Of a stretch of DNA of 64,000 bases, positions 18,097 to 25,408 are shown one piece after another. The stretch covers positions 1,730 to 65,729 of the forward strand of contig DATJZB010000047.1 of NCBI GenBank assembly GCA_035499335.1. The letters run 5' to 3'. This DNA is from Rhizomicrobium sp. (GTDB lineage: Bacteria > Pseudomonadota > Alphaproteobacteria > Micropepsales > Micropepsaceae). Numbering within the stretch: the first letter of the stretch is position 1; every line of letters starts with the position of its first letter. The notes below the pieces were generated by a model that saw only the letters and a program-made list of their open reading frames with translations, had not been told where the DNA came from and ran no database searches. The position numbers were made by a program, and so were the translations under genes.

Positions 18097-19092
18097 ATGA
18101 AAACGCTTGCGACGATGGCGGCTTGCGCCGCGCTGCTGGCGTTCGGGCGGCCGGCGCTGGCGGACGACAGTTCGGCAATGCTGGGCGCCGGCGGCATCGT
18201 CCTCGTGAAGAACGAAGACGTCCGCATGGCGAGCGAGGACCTCTATCTCAGCCCGTCAGCGGTGCGCGTGCACTACACTTTCGTGAACGACAGCCGCAAG
18301 GACATCGACACCATCGTCGCCTTTCCGCTTCCCGACATCGACAATTACGAATATGCGGAATCGGCGATCGGCACGACCCTCGACACGACGCCGAACTTCG
18401 TGGGCTTCCGGCTTTCGGTCGACGGACGTGCGATCGCTCCGACGGCCGAAGAACGCGCAGTCTACAACGGAAAGGATGTCTCGGCGCTGGTCCGCGCGGC
18501 AGGATTGCCGCTCAATATCGTGATCGGCGGCGGCTACGACAAATTGCAGAAGATCTCCGCCGGCGCGCGCGCGAGCCTTCTCAAAGCCGGCCTCATCGAG
18601 GCCGATCCGCAAGGACCGGTCTATGCGAAATGGACAACGCGAACCAAATTCTGGTGGCGGATGCGCTTTCCCGCCGGCAAGACCGTTTCCGTCGACCACA
18701 GCTACCAGCCGGTGACCGGCCAGACCTTTTTCACGACCTACGCACTGACCGACGCGAAGGAACGCGCCGGATACGTCAAGGATTACTGCCTCGATGCACC
18801 TACCCTGGCGTCGATCCGCGCCGGTTTCGCCGCCCTGCGCACGCCCGAGGGCGACGGCTACTTCAACCAGTACACGACGGATTTTGTCATCGTCACCGCG
18901 AACAACTGGAAAGGTCCCATCGGCCGCTTCCACCTCACGATCGACAAGGCCAAGCCGGGCAACATCCTGTCGATGTGCTGGGCGGGCGAGCTGCGCAAGA
19001 GCGGGCCCACGACCTTTGAATCGGCGCTCACGAACTTCGCGCCGAAGCTGGACATCCAGTTCCTGGTGCTCGAACGGCCGGCCAAGCGCTAG
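18097..19092 (+). CDS. secreted DUF4424-like protein
   Basis: Track ORF 17866..19092 trimmed to MKTLATMAACAALLAFGRPALADD (signal peptide), with a GGGGAAGG SD. The family name is from memory of similar Rhizobiales proteins. Confidence 0.75.
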   Translation: MKTLATMAACAALLAFGRPALADDSSAMLGAGGIVLVKNEDVRMASEDLYLSPSAVRVHYTFVNDSRKDIDTIVAFPLPDIDNYEYAESAIGTTLDTTPNFVGFRLSVDGRAIAPTAEERAVYNGKDVSALVRAAGLPLNIVIGGGYDKLQKISAGARASLLKAGLIEADPQGPVYAKWTTRTKFWWRMRFPAGKTVSVDHSYQPVTGQTFFTTYALTDAKERAGYVKDYCLDAPTLASIRAGFAALRTPEGDGYFNQYTTDFVIVTANNWKGPIGRFHLTIDKAKPGNILSMCWAGELRKSGPTTFESALTNFAPKLDIQFLVLERPAKR

Positions 19093-19137
19093 GCGCCCGC
19101 GGCCCTGAGTCAGAGAAATGTGTCGAATTACGCTGTG

Positions 19138-19254
19138 CTAATTGCGGCGGCGGAAAAGCGACGCGAAGGCGCGGCGCATCCATTGCGGCAGCATCGGGGG
19201 ATGCGTGATGGGCCGCTCGTCCAGCTCCGGATTGTGCACCAATAGTCCCAACAT
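19138..19254 (-). CDS. candidate 38-aa micro-protein (MLGLLVHNPELDERPITHPPMLPQWMRRAFASLFRRRN)
   Basis: Below the track cutoff. ATG at 19254 with GAGAGG 9 nt upstream. GC3 ~80 percent. A promoter-like element lies upstream. Confidence 0.3.
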   Translation of the reverse strand: MLGLLVHNPELDERPITHPPMLPQWMRRAFASLFRRRN

Positions 19255-19292
19255 CGTGAACCGCCTCTCAAAGGCAACAACGACGTACACGG

Positions 19293-19321
19293 ATTATATG
19301 ACAGTTTGCCGCGCGCGTCAC
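19293..19321 (-). promoter_or_regulatory. sigma-70-like promoter candidate GTGACG-N17-TATAAT (minus strand)
   Basis: Reverse complement of 19293-19298 is TATAAT. 19316-19321 gives GTGACG, with a 17-bp spacer. Sits ~40 nt upstream of the micro-ORF start. Confidence 0.35.
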
Positions 19322-19398
19322 TGGCTACGCCCAAAAAAGATGCGCCCAAAGAGTTAACGGCGAATTAAGGCGGCTTCGCGGCGGGTAACTACGTAGTC

Positions 19399-19722
19399 TT
19401 ACGGATTGGGACGATGGTCGGGCATGTCGCCGACGGCTTCGTTGTTCGAGGGATTGAGCTCGTTGTTGCAGGTGCGATAGCCGTTCGACCAGCCGGCGCG
19501 ATAGGGCTGGCTCGTCTCGAACAAGGAGTCGTCGCGCACCCGGCTGCCGGTGAACGACGTGCCGCGCGCGCTGGCGCTGGCGCAGCCGTCGGAGTAGCCG
19601 AGCTTGAAGTTCGGATCGTTGCGCATCGCGCGCATCTGGCGCGTCTCGAAGAAGACGCAACCCGAAAGCGCGGCGGCGACGGCCAAGGTAACGGCGATGC
19701 GGAACGCGCGTGCAGGCGTCAT
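19399..19722 (-). CDS. lipoprotein, function unknown
   Basis: Trimmed to MTPARAFRIAVTLAVAAALSGC (lipobox LSGC). High GC3. Confidence 0.7.
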   Translation of the reverse strand: MTPARAFRIAVTLAVAAALSGCVFFETRQMRAMRNDPNFKLGYSDGCASASARGTSFTGSRVRDDSLFETSQPYRAGWSNGYRTCNNELNPSNNEAVGDMPDHRPNP

Positions 19723-19846
19723 GCTCTGATCCGGCAAGAAAGCGCGCGAATGTATCATCCCGGCACGCTATTCCAAGCGCGGCGCACGCACCATTAATTC
19801 GCGCTTAAGTGCGGTTTTCTAAGGTCTTTCCGGGCAAGTGGTGGTC

Positions 19847-20392
19847 ATGCGCGAACTTTCGGAACTCAAGGATCTGCGCGTCCTGGTGGTCGGCGGAAAG
19901 CCGAGCAGCGTGCAAATCCTGCGCACCGTGTTCGGTGTCGCGGGGATCAACAACGTCGTGACGGTCGCGGAGTCGCGCATCGCCGTCAATCTGCTCTGTT
20001 CCGAACGCTTCGCCGCCGTGTTCTGCGACGACCGCTGCGAGAGCGTCGCAGGTCAGCCTTTTCCGCTGGCGGCGCGGCGCGGCACCGGCCTGCTCAACCC
20101 GATGGTCCCGATCTTCCTTCTGTGCAGCGCGGCCAGGCGGCGCCAGGTGGAGCATGCGCGCGATACCGGCATCACCGACGTTCTGGCGCGCCCGGTCAGC
20201 GCGGCCACGATCCTGCGAAAGCTGCGGATCGCGCTGGTGAAGCCGCGTCCGTTCATCGCCGCGCCCGACTTTTTCGGCCCCGACCGCCGCGTCCGCGAGC
20301 ACGGACCGATCGCGGGCGAGGAACGCCGCAGACGAAGCGCCAAGAAGGTCAAGGTGACGTTGAAGGACGCGCCGGAAGCCGTCCTCGAATAG
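19847..20392 (+). CDS. response regulator receiver-domain protein with basic C-terminal tail (FFGPDRR motif)
   Basis: LRVLVVGGKPSS...AAVFCDD...ITDVLARPVS follows a REC-domain layout. No DNA-binding output domain. Confidence 0.8.
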   Translation: MRELSELKDLRVLVVGGKPSSVQILRTVFGVAGINNVVTVAESRIAVNLLCSERFAAVFCDDRCESVAGQPFPLAARRGTGLLNPMVPIFLLCSAARRRQVEHARDTGITDVLARPVSAATILRKLRIALVKPRPFIAAPDFFGPDRRVREHGPIAGEERRRRSAKKVKVTLKDAPEAVLE

Positions 20393-20453
20393 AGCGGGCC
20401 GCCGCGCCCGGGCTCTGCTAGGCTTGCCGCCGGACGATCGGACCAGGTCGAAG

Positions 20454-21287
20454 ATGACGGAGCGCGCCGCGAGCAGGACCGCCCTGGGCGTGACGGCCGT
20501 TCGCGTCGTCCACCAGCTGGTGGACGGCGAACCGAAGATCCTCGCCGATCCGATCGCGCCCCGCCTTCTCTCCGGCGACGCCGTGCGCCTTCTCGAAGAG
20601 CATATCGGACGGGCCCAGGATCCCGAGGCCAGGGCGTTGCGCGCCCGCGTCGTGCTGCGCAGCCGGTTCGCCGAGGACAGGTTGAAGGCCGCGGTGCTGC
20701 GCGGCGTCCGCCAATGCGTGATGCTCGGCGCGGGCTTCGACACCTTCGCCTACCGCCAGCCGGATTGGGCGCGGGCGCTGCGCCTCTATGAGGTCGATCA
20801 CGCCGCCACGCAGGCGGAAAAGCGCGATCGCCTGTCTGCCGCCGGCGTTGTCCTGCCGCCGAACCTGGAATTCGTCGCCATCGACTTCGAGAAGGTTTCG
20901 CTCGACGAGGGATTGCGCGCCAGCTCGCTGGATTTCGGCCGGCCGGCGTTTTTCTCCTGCCTCGGCGTCTTCGTCTATCTCAGCCGCGAGGCGGTGGACG
21001 CGGTGTTCAGGCTCGTCGCGTCGTTTCCCGCCGGCAGCGAAATCGCCTTCACCTTCGCCTCACGCCAGGCAGAGCGATCGGCGCTGGCGCATCGCGTGCA
21101 GCGCGCCGGCGAACCGTGGCGGACGTTTCTGGACGCGGCCGGCTTGCAGCGCGACTTGCCGGCGCTCGGATTTCGCGAGGTCTCGATCCTCGATCCGGCG
21201 CAGGCCGAGCGGATCTATTTTCGCGGTCGTGACGACGGCCTGGCCGCGCCGGCCACGGCCGGTGTTGCTGCGGCGATCGTCGGCTGA
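20454..21287 (+). CDS. class I SAM-dependent methyltransferase (LCM/TIGR00027-like O-methyltransferase)
   Basis: Trimmed to MTERAASRTALGVTAVRVVHQL...ILADPIAPRLL...VMLGAGFDTFAYR...YEVDHAATQ, typical of this family. Confidence 0.85.
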   Translation: MTERAASRTALGVTAVRVVHQLVDGEPKILADPIAPRLLSGDAVRLLEEHIGRAQDPEARALRARVVLRSRFAEDRLKAAVLRGVRQCVMLGAGFDTFAYRQPDWARALRLYEVDHAATQAEKRDRLSAAGVVLPPNLEFVAIDFEKVSLDEGLRASSLDFGRPAFFSCLGVFVYLSREAVDAVFRLVASFPAGSEIAFTFASRQAERSALAHRVQRAGEPWRTFLDAAGLQRDLPALGFREVSILDPAQAERIYFRGRDDGLAAPATAGVAAAIVG

Positions 21288-21409
21288 GCAGGCTAAGACA
21301 GTAATCCCACATCTTTGGCGTGTGCGGACGCTCCGAATCGGGCCCGACTCAGGTGCCCGCGGAACCGAAAATTAACTACGTTTTTCTTTTATTTTCGGGC
21401 GTAATTTGA

Positions 21410-21505
21410 GGATAAGTTTTGGGCGGAAACCGTGCATTCGCGCTTCATTACACCGAAAAGTTGCAAAGTTATCCAACAGCCCTCATCTTGTAGGATAATT
21501 ATCCT
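21410..21505. promoter_or_regulatory. cluster of TTATCC/GGATAA half DnaA-box-like hexamers including a perfect 14-bp palindrome
   Basis: GGATAA at 21410-21415, TTATCCAAC at 21469-21477, AGGATAATTATCCT at 21492-21505. All lie in the AT-rich leader of the DnaA-domain-IV-like gene. Confidence 0.45.
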
Positions 21506-21552
21506 TCAACGGCCCGGCACAAGCGCGGCCCGCAACCGATGGGGAATGCTTC

Positions 21553-21897
21553 ATGGGACAGATGGAATTGATTTCGCAAAGCGCGACGGCACTCATGCCG
21601 CTCAGGGCAGGGGTCACGCAGATCGTCGTGGCGCGCGCCTATGGCGTGACGCTCGACGAGATGTGCGCCGCCACGCGGCGCACCTCGCAGACGGCATTCG
21701 CCCGTCAGGTCGCGATGTATCTCGCGCATATCGTGTTTTCGATCAGCATCAACGACGTCGCGCAGGCCTTCGCGCGGGACCGCTCGACCGTCTGCTACGC
21801 GGTGCAGCGCGTGGAAGCGCTGCGCGAGGATCCCGATTTCGATCACACGCTCGGCTGGCTCGAGTCCGTCGTGCGCGCCGTCGCGGAGCGCCTGTGA
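21553..21897 (+). CDS. DnaA domain IV-like helix-turn-helix protein (114 aa; candidate GafY-like)
   Basis: RRTSQTAFARQVAMYLAHIVFSISINDVAQAFARDRSTVCYAVQRVEALRE matches the DnaA C-terminal DNA-binding signature (RQxAMYL...RDHTTV). No AAA+ domain. GGGGAA SD. Confidence 0.85.
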   Translation: MGQMELISQSATALMPLRAGVTQIVVARAYGVTLDEMCAATRRTSQTAFARQVAMYLAHIVFSISINDVAQAFARDRSTVCYAVQRVEALREDPDFDHTLGWLESVVRAVAERL

Positions 21898-22451
21898 TGA
21901 CCGGGGATCGCTTCGCGCTTCGACACCGGATACGCGCCACCCGCACCGTCCTCGACAAGAGCGGCGCCGAGACGAGCGTCACCGTCAACGAGGCGGAATC
22001 GCCGCTCGGACGCCTGCGTCACCGCAAGGTCGTCGACACGGTGCAGTTCGAAGCCGGCGAAAGGCTGCGGCGCGACTTCACGCTGGCGGGGCTCGCGCCC
22101 CGCATGGGCGTCGACCTGACCCAGCCGCTCATCACCGGCACGCGCGGGCAGAAGACGGAGGCGCCGCTCACCGACATGGTGCTCGCCGCCAAGCAGCGCT
22201 TCTCCGCCGCCATGCGCGCCGTCGGACCCGGGCTCAACGACATCCTGTTCGACGTCTGCTGCCATCTGCGCGGGCTGGAGGAAGCCGAGCGCGCCAAGCG
22301 CTGGCCGGCCCGATCGGCGAAGGTCGTGCTGCTGATCGCGCTGGACCGTCTCGCAGTGCATTACGGACTTCGCATCCGCGGCCGCGCGCGGCTGCGCGCC
22401 TGGCAGGCCGGGGAAGGTCCCGAGGGGACGGCAGACGAACCCGCGTCGTGA
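21897..22451 (+). CDS. hypothetical protein coupled to the DnaA-IV-like gene (DUF6456-like; candidate GafZ-like)
   Basis: In-frame part of track ORF 21432..22451, starting at MTGDRFALRHRI. The ATG overlaps the upstream TGA (TGATG at 21895-21899). Motif NEAESPLGRLRHRK...FEAGERLRRDF. Confidence 0.75.
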   Translation: MTGDRFALRHRIRATRTVLDKSGAETSVTVNEAESPLGRLRHRKVVDTVQFEAGERLRRDFTLAGLAPRMGVDLTQPLITGTRGQKTEAPLTDMVLAAKQRFSAAMRAVGPGLNDILFDVCCHLRGLEEAERAKRWPARSAKVVLLIALDRLAVHYGLRIRGRARLRAWQAGEGPEGTADEPAS

Positions 22452-22460
22452 GTTTGGCGT

Positions 22461-22595
22461 CCGGCTCGGGATGAGGAAACTGCCAACAGAGCCTCATCCT
22501 GAGCTTGTCGAAGGATGAGCTTGTCGTGCTTCGACGGGCTCAGCATGAGGGGATCTGAATAAAGGACCTCATCCTGAGCTTGTCGAAGGATGAGG
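22461..22595. repeat. REP/MITE-like nested-hairpin elements, copies B and C
   Basis: A 28-nt exact direct repeat cctcatcctgagcttgtcgaaggatgag at 22492-22519 and 22567-22594. Each forms a CCTCATCC/GGATGAGG hairpin, and each is preceded by an (g)atgagg arm ~20 nt upstream. Fills the gap between convergent genes. Confidence 0.8.
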
Positions 22596-22603
22596 CCGCC
22601 GCG

Positions 22604-23062
22604 CTAGAGCTTCATCAGATAGCGGTGCACGCCGTCGAGCACGAGCTCGGACTTCTGATTGTGCACCGTGGCGCGCATGGCCACGATCCCGGTGGTGCGC
22701 TGGCGCGTCAGTTCGCTGATGGTGAGCGCGGGATAAAGCGTGTCGCCGGGAAAGACGGCCTTGAGGAATCTGGCGCTGACCTCGATGAAGCCGATCAGCT
22801 TCTCGCCGATGACGTGCGGGAAGAGCCCGGCGCCCGCCGCCGTGAAGGAGAGCACCTGCAGCCCGTGGGCCAGCGGCGCCGGATAGCCGAGCCGCCTGCA
22901 ATATTCGACGTCATAATGAATCGGGTGATTGTCCAGGCTGACGTTCTGGAAGGCGGCGAAGTTGGCGTCGCCGATGGTGCGGGACGGAAGCTTGAAGACC
23001 TCGCCCAACTGCAGTTCGTCGAAGCCGCGCAGCGGTACGACGCGATGATCCGTGATGTCCAT
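22604..23062 (-). CDS. MaoC-like (R)-hydratase/dehydratase, hotdog fold
   Basis: FAAFQNVSLDNHPIHYDVEYCRRLGYPAPLAHGLQVLS is the typical MaoC dehydratase motif. Confidence 0.9.
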   Translation of the reverse strand: MDITDHRVVPLRGFDELQLGEVFKLPSRTIGDANFAAFQNVSLDNHPIHYDVEYCRRLGYPAPLAHGLQVLSFTAAGAGLFPHVIGEKLIGFIEVSARFLKAVFPGDTLYPALTISELTRQRTTGIVAMRATVHNQKSELVLDGVHRYLMKL

Positions 23063-23095
23063 GGCGCGGCATTGGCGCGCCTTGGAACCGTCCTG

Positions 23096-23371
23096 TCAAA
23101 TGGCCTGACGGCTCTTGTGCGCCTCGATGTCGGCGCGGACCTCGTCGAGGCTGCGCACGGCGAACGCCTGGAACCCGTCCAGGATGGACAGGCCGTGGGC
23201 GCAGGCCGCGGCATGGCGGTCGCAGGCCGACTGGACGTTCGTCGATTCGATCAGACCGCCGATGGTCTTCGGCGCCGGTCCTTCGGCACCCGGACGGCCG
23301 AAACCGAGATCCGGCTCGTGCGGCATCAGGAAAGCGACAAGTCCGATCCAGAAGATCGCGCGGATGATCAT
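23096..23371 (-). CDS. small N-terminally anchored protein (DUF5330-like)
   Basis: MIIRAIFWIGLVAFLMPHEPDLGFG is an N-terminal TM segment. 91 aa. The family name is tentative. Confidence 0.6.
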   Translation of the reverse strand: MIIRAIFWIGLVAFLMPHEPDLGFGRPGAEGPAPKTIGGLIESTNVQSACDRHAAACAHGLSILDGFQAFAVRSLDEVRADIEAHKSRQAI

Positions 23372-23439
23372 GCGGCACCCAATTCTTGAGACCGCGAGCA
23401 GGATGCGCGCCCGAGCTTTTCAGCGGATGAAATCAATCT

Positions 23440-23534
23440 GTAAATTTGCGTGTAATTTACTCAATAGCTTGTGAGTCGAAAAACGCCCAAAACAGGGCGT
23501 TTCCGGGTTCGGCGTAAATCGAGTCGAGATTTAC
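23440..23534. promoter_or_regulatory. two copies of the palindrome GTAAAT-N9-ATTTAC
   Basis: Copies at 23440-23460 and 23514-23534. Both hexamer arms are perfect in both copies. Centres are 74 bp apart. Confidence 0.4.
23476..23503 (-). terminator. rho-independent terminator candidate for the histidine kinase gene
   Basis: Stem AAACGCCC/GGGCGTTT (8 bp, 6-nt loop) at 23481-23502. On the minus strand it is followed by TTTTT. Lies ~100 nt downstream of the stop at 23602. Confidence 0.6.
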
Positions 23535-23601
23535 GAAAATTTGAAATGAATCGCCGCCGTGCCTGCATCCGGATGAGCGCCGCAAGCGGCGTCGCGCGCG
23601 A

Positions 23602-25200
23602 TTATTCGGCTGCCGGCAATTCGATCGTGGCGGTGAAGCCTGAGCCTTCCTGGCTGGCGATGTGCAACGCGCCGCCATGCAGTTCGGCGAATGCCTTGAC
23701 GAGCGTCAATCCGAGCCCGCCGCCATGGGCGTGATCGGCGGCGCCGGCCTGCTCGAAGGGCTCGAGGATGCGCTCGAGATCCTCTGACGCGACGCCGGGA
23801 CCGTTGTCCGACACGCTCAGCGACACGATGCCGTTCTTGCAACCGGCGGACAGCGAAACGGCGCCGCCCTGCTGGGTGAAGGAGATGGCATTGTCGATCA
23901 GGTGGTTGATCATCTGGCCGAACGCCGCCTCGTCGACGTCGACGAGAAGCCCGATCGGGCAGGCCGAGGCGTCGATCGCGATGTCGCGCGATTTTGCGCG
24001 CGCGGCGAACGCGTCGCTCGCCAGCCACAGCGCGCCGCCCGCGTCCAGCCGCGTGCGGCGGAGCTCGAACTTGCCGCCGGCGATCTTGGTGAGATCGAGG
24101 ATCTGGTTGATCAGGCGCAGCAGGTTGTGCCCGCCCGAATGGATAAGGCCGGCATATTCGCGCACCTGGTCCGGGCTGAAATTCTCCGCCATCTGCGCCA
24201 GCAGGTCCGAGAAGCCGATGATGGCGTTGAGCGGCGTCTTGAGTTCGTGGCTCATGGTGCGCAGCAGCGTCTTCTTGGCGCTGTCGGCTTCGCCGCGCAC
24301 GAGATCGAGGCGGCGCGTCAGATCGGCGAGATAGCTGGCCTGCTTTTCGGCCTCGCCGCGCGATTCGACGAGGGCCTGGCGCGTCTGGCTGAGCGCGGCT
24401 TCGACGCGGCGCTCGTCGGTGACGTCGGTCAGCACCGTGACGCGCCCGCCGCCCCTGGTCTTGCGGTCGCGCACCAGATACGCCTTGCCGGCCTTGGTCT
24501 CGAGCGTCATGGCGCCGGCAGGGGAATTGTGCAGCTCGAAGCGGCGCTGCAGCCAGGCGTCCTTGTCGCCCTCGACGATCACGCGTTCGCGCGCCACCGC
24601 GTCGGCGATCATGGTGCGGAACGCGGTGCCGCGCATCTGCTCGAGCGGCCGGCCGTAGAGCGCGGCGAATTCCTGGTTGCAGACGACGAGCTTGTCGTTG
24701 TGGTCGAAGAAGGCGAAGGCGTCGGCCGACATCTCGATCGCCTTTTCGAGCCGGCTGGTGGCGTGGCGGGCCTGCGTCGCATCGGTCCACAGCGCGATCC
24801 AGCCTCCTTCGGGCGTGCGGCGGGCCTTGATCTCGACGATGCGGCCGTCGGACAGGGGAACGTCGAGCGGCTGAAAATCGCCTTCGCTGAATTGCGCGCG
24901 GCGCCGGGCGAGATAGCCCTCGATGTTTCCGCCATGGGCTTCGTCGGCGATCTCGCCGTTTTCGAGCTCGAGGCGCACCAGCGAATCGTAGGTCATGCCG
25001 ATCAGCGACTCGCGCGGCGGCATGGTGCGGAACAGGTAATCGAAATGCTGGTTCGCATAGACCAGCCGCTGCTGCGAATCGTAGATCGTGATCGCCACGC
25101 GCAGGCAATTCAGCGCCTCGATGACGGCAGCCGATGCGTGTTCGCCGATGTCGTGCGATTCCGGCACGCCACGAACGCTGTGGACTTTTACCAACCCCAA
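23602..25200 (-). CDS. cytoplasmic PAS-domain sensor histidine kinase
   Basis: H-box MSHELKTPLNAIIGFSDLL, N/G boxes (LIDNAISFT, DNGPGV, GGLGLTLV), and two PAS-like regions N-terminal to them. Confidence 0.9.
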   Translation of the reverse strand: MGLVKVHSVRGVPESHDIGEHASAAVIEALNCLRVAITIYDSQQRLVYANQHFDYLFRTMPPRESLIGMTYDSLVRLELENGEIADEAHGGNIEGYLARRRAQFSEGDFQPLDVPLSDGRIVEIKARRTPEGGWIALWTDATQARHATSRLEKAIEMSADAFAFFDHNDKLVVCNQEFAALYGRPLEQMRGTAFRTMIADAVARERVIVEGDKDAWLQRRFELHNSPAGAMTLETKAGKAYLVRDRKTRGGGRVTVLTDVTDERRVEAALSQTRQALVESRGEAEKQASYLADLTRRLDLVRGEADSAKKTLLRTMSHELKTPLNAIIGFSDLLAQMAENFSPDQVREYAGLIHSGGHNLLRLINQILDLTKIAGGKFELRRTRLDAGGALWLASDAFAARAKSRDIAIDASACPIGLLVDVDEAAFGQMINHLIDNAISFTQQGGAVSLSAGCKNGIVSLSVSDNGPGVASEDLERILEPFEQAGAADHAHGGGLGLTLVKAFAELHGGALHIASQEGSGFTATIELPAAE

Positions 25201-25408
25201 GGCGGGATTTTCCCCATTACCCGCGGAAATCCTGCACGCCGGGTCCTACCGAAACGTTAGATGGCGGCGGGATCGCGACGACATCCCTAACAAGTGGTGA
25301 ATAAGTCCCGCCACAGGTGTTGAGAATTAACGAACGAAGTTCCGGCGTCTTCAACCTTCGTTAAGTTAAGGGATCGAGAATGCCGCTTCCCAAAGGCCCG
25401 GACCCTTA

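Noticed and set aside
21432-21896. Upstream extension making the 184-aa partner gene a 339-aa ORF
   Set aside because: The extension overlaps the DnaA-IV-like gene in another frame, runs through the AT-rich promoter region and has poor protein character. The TGATG junction at 21895-21899 gives a natural start.
22492-22595. Possible CRISPR (28-nt exact repeat with a ~47-nt spacer)
   Set aside because: There are only two copies. The repeats are themselves hairpins of a dispersed REP-like family with a third diverged copy at 1160-1234. No cas genes and no further repeat-spacer units are present.
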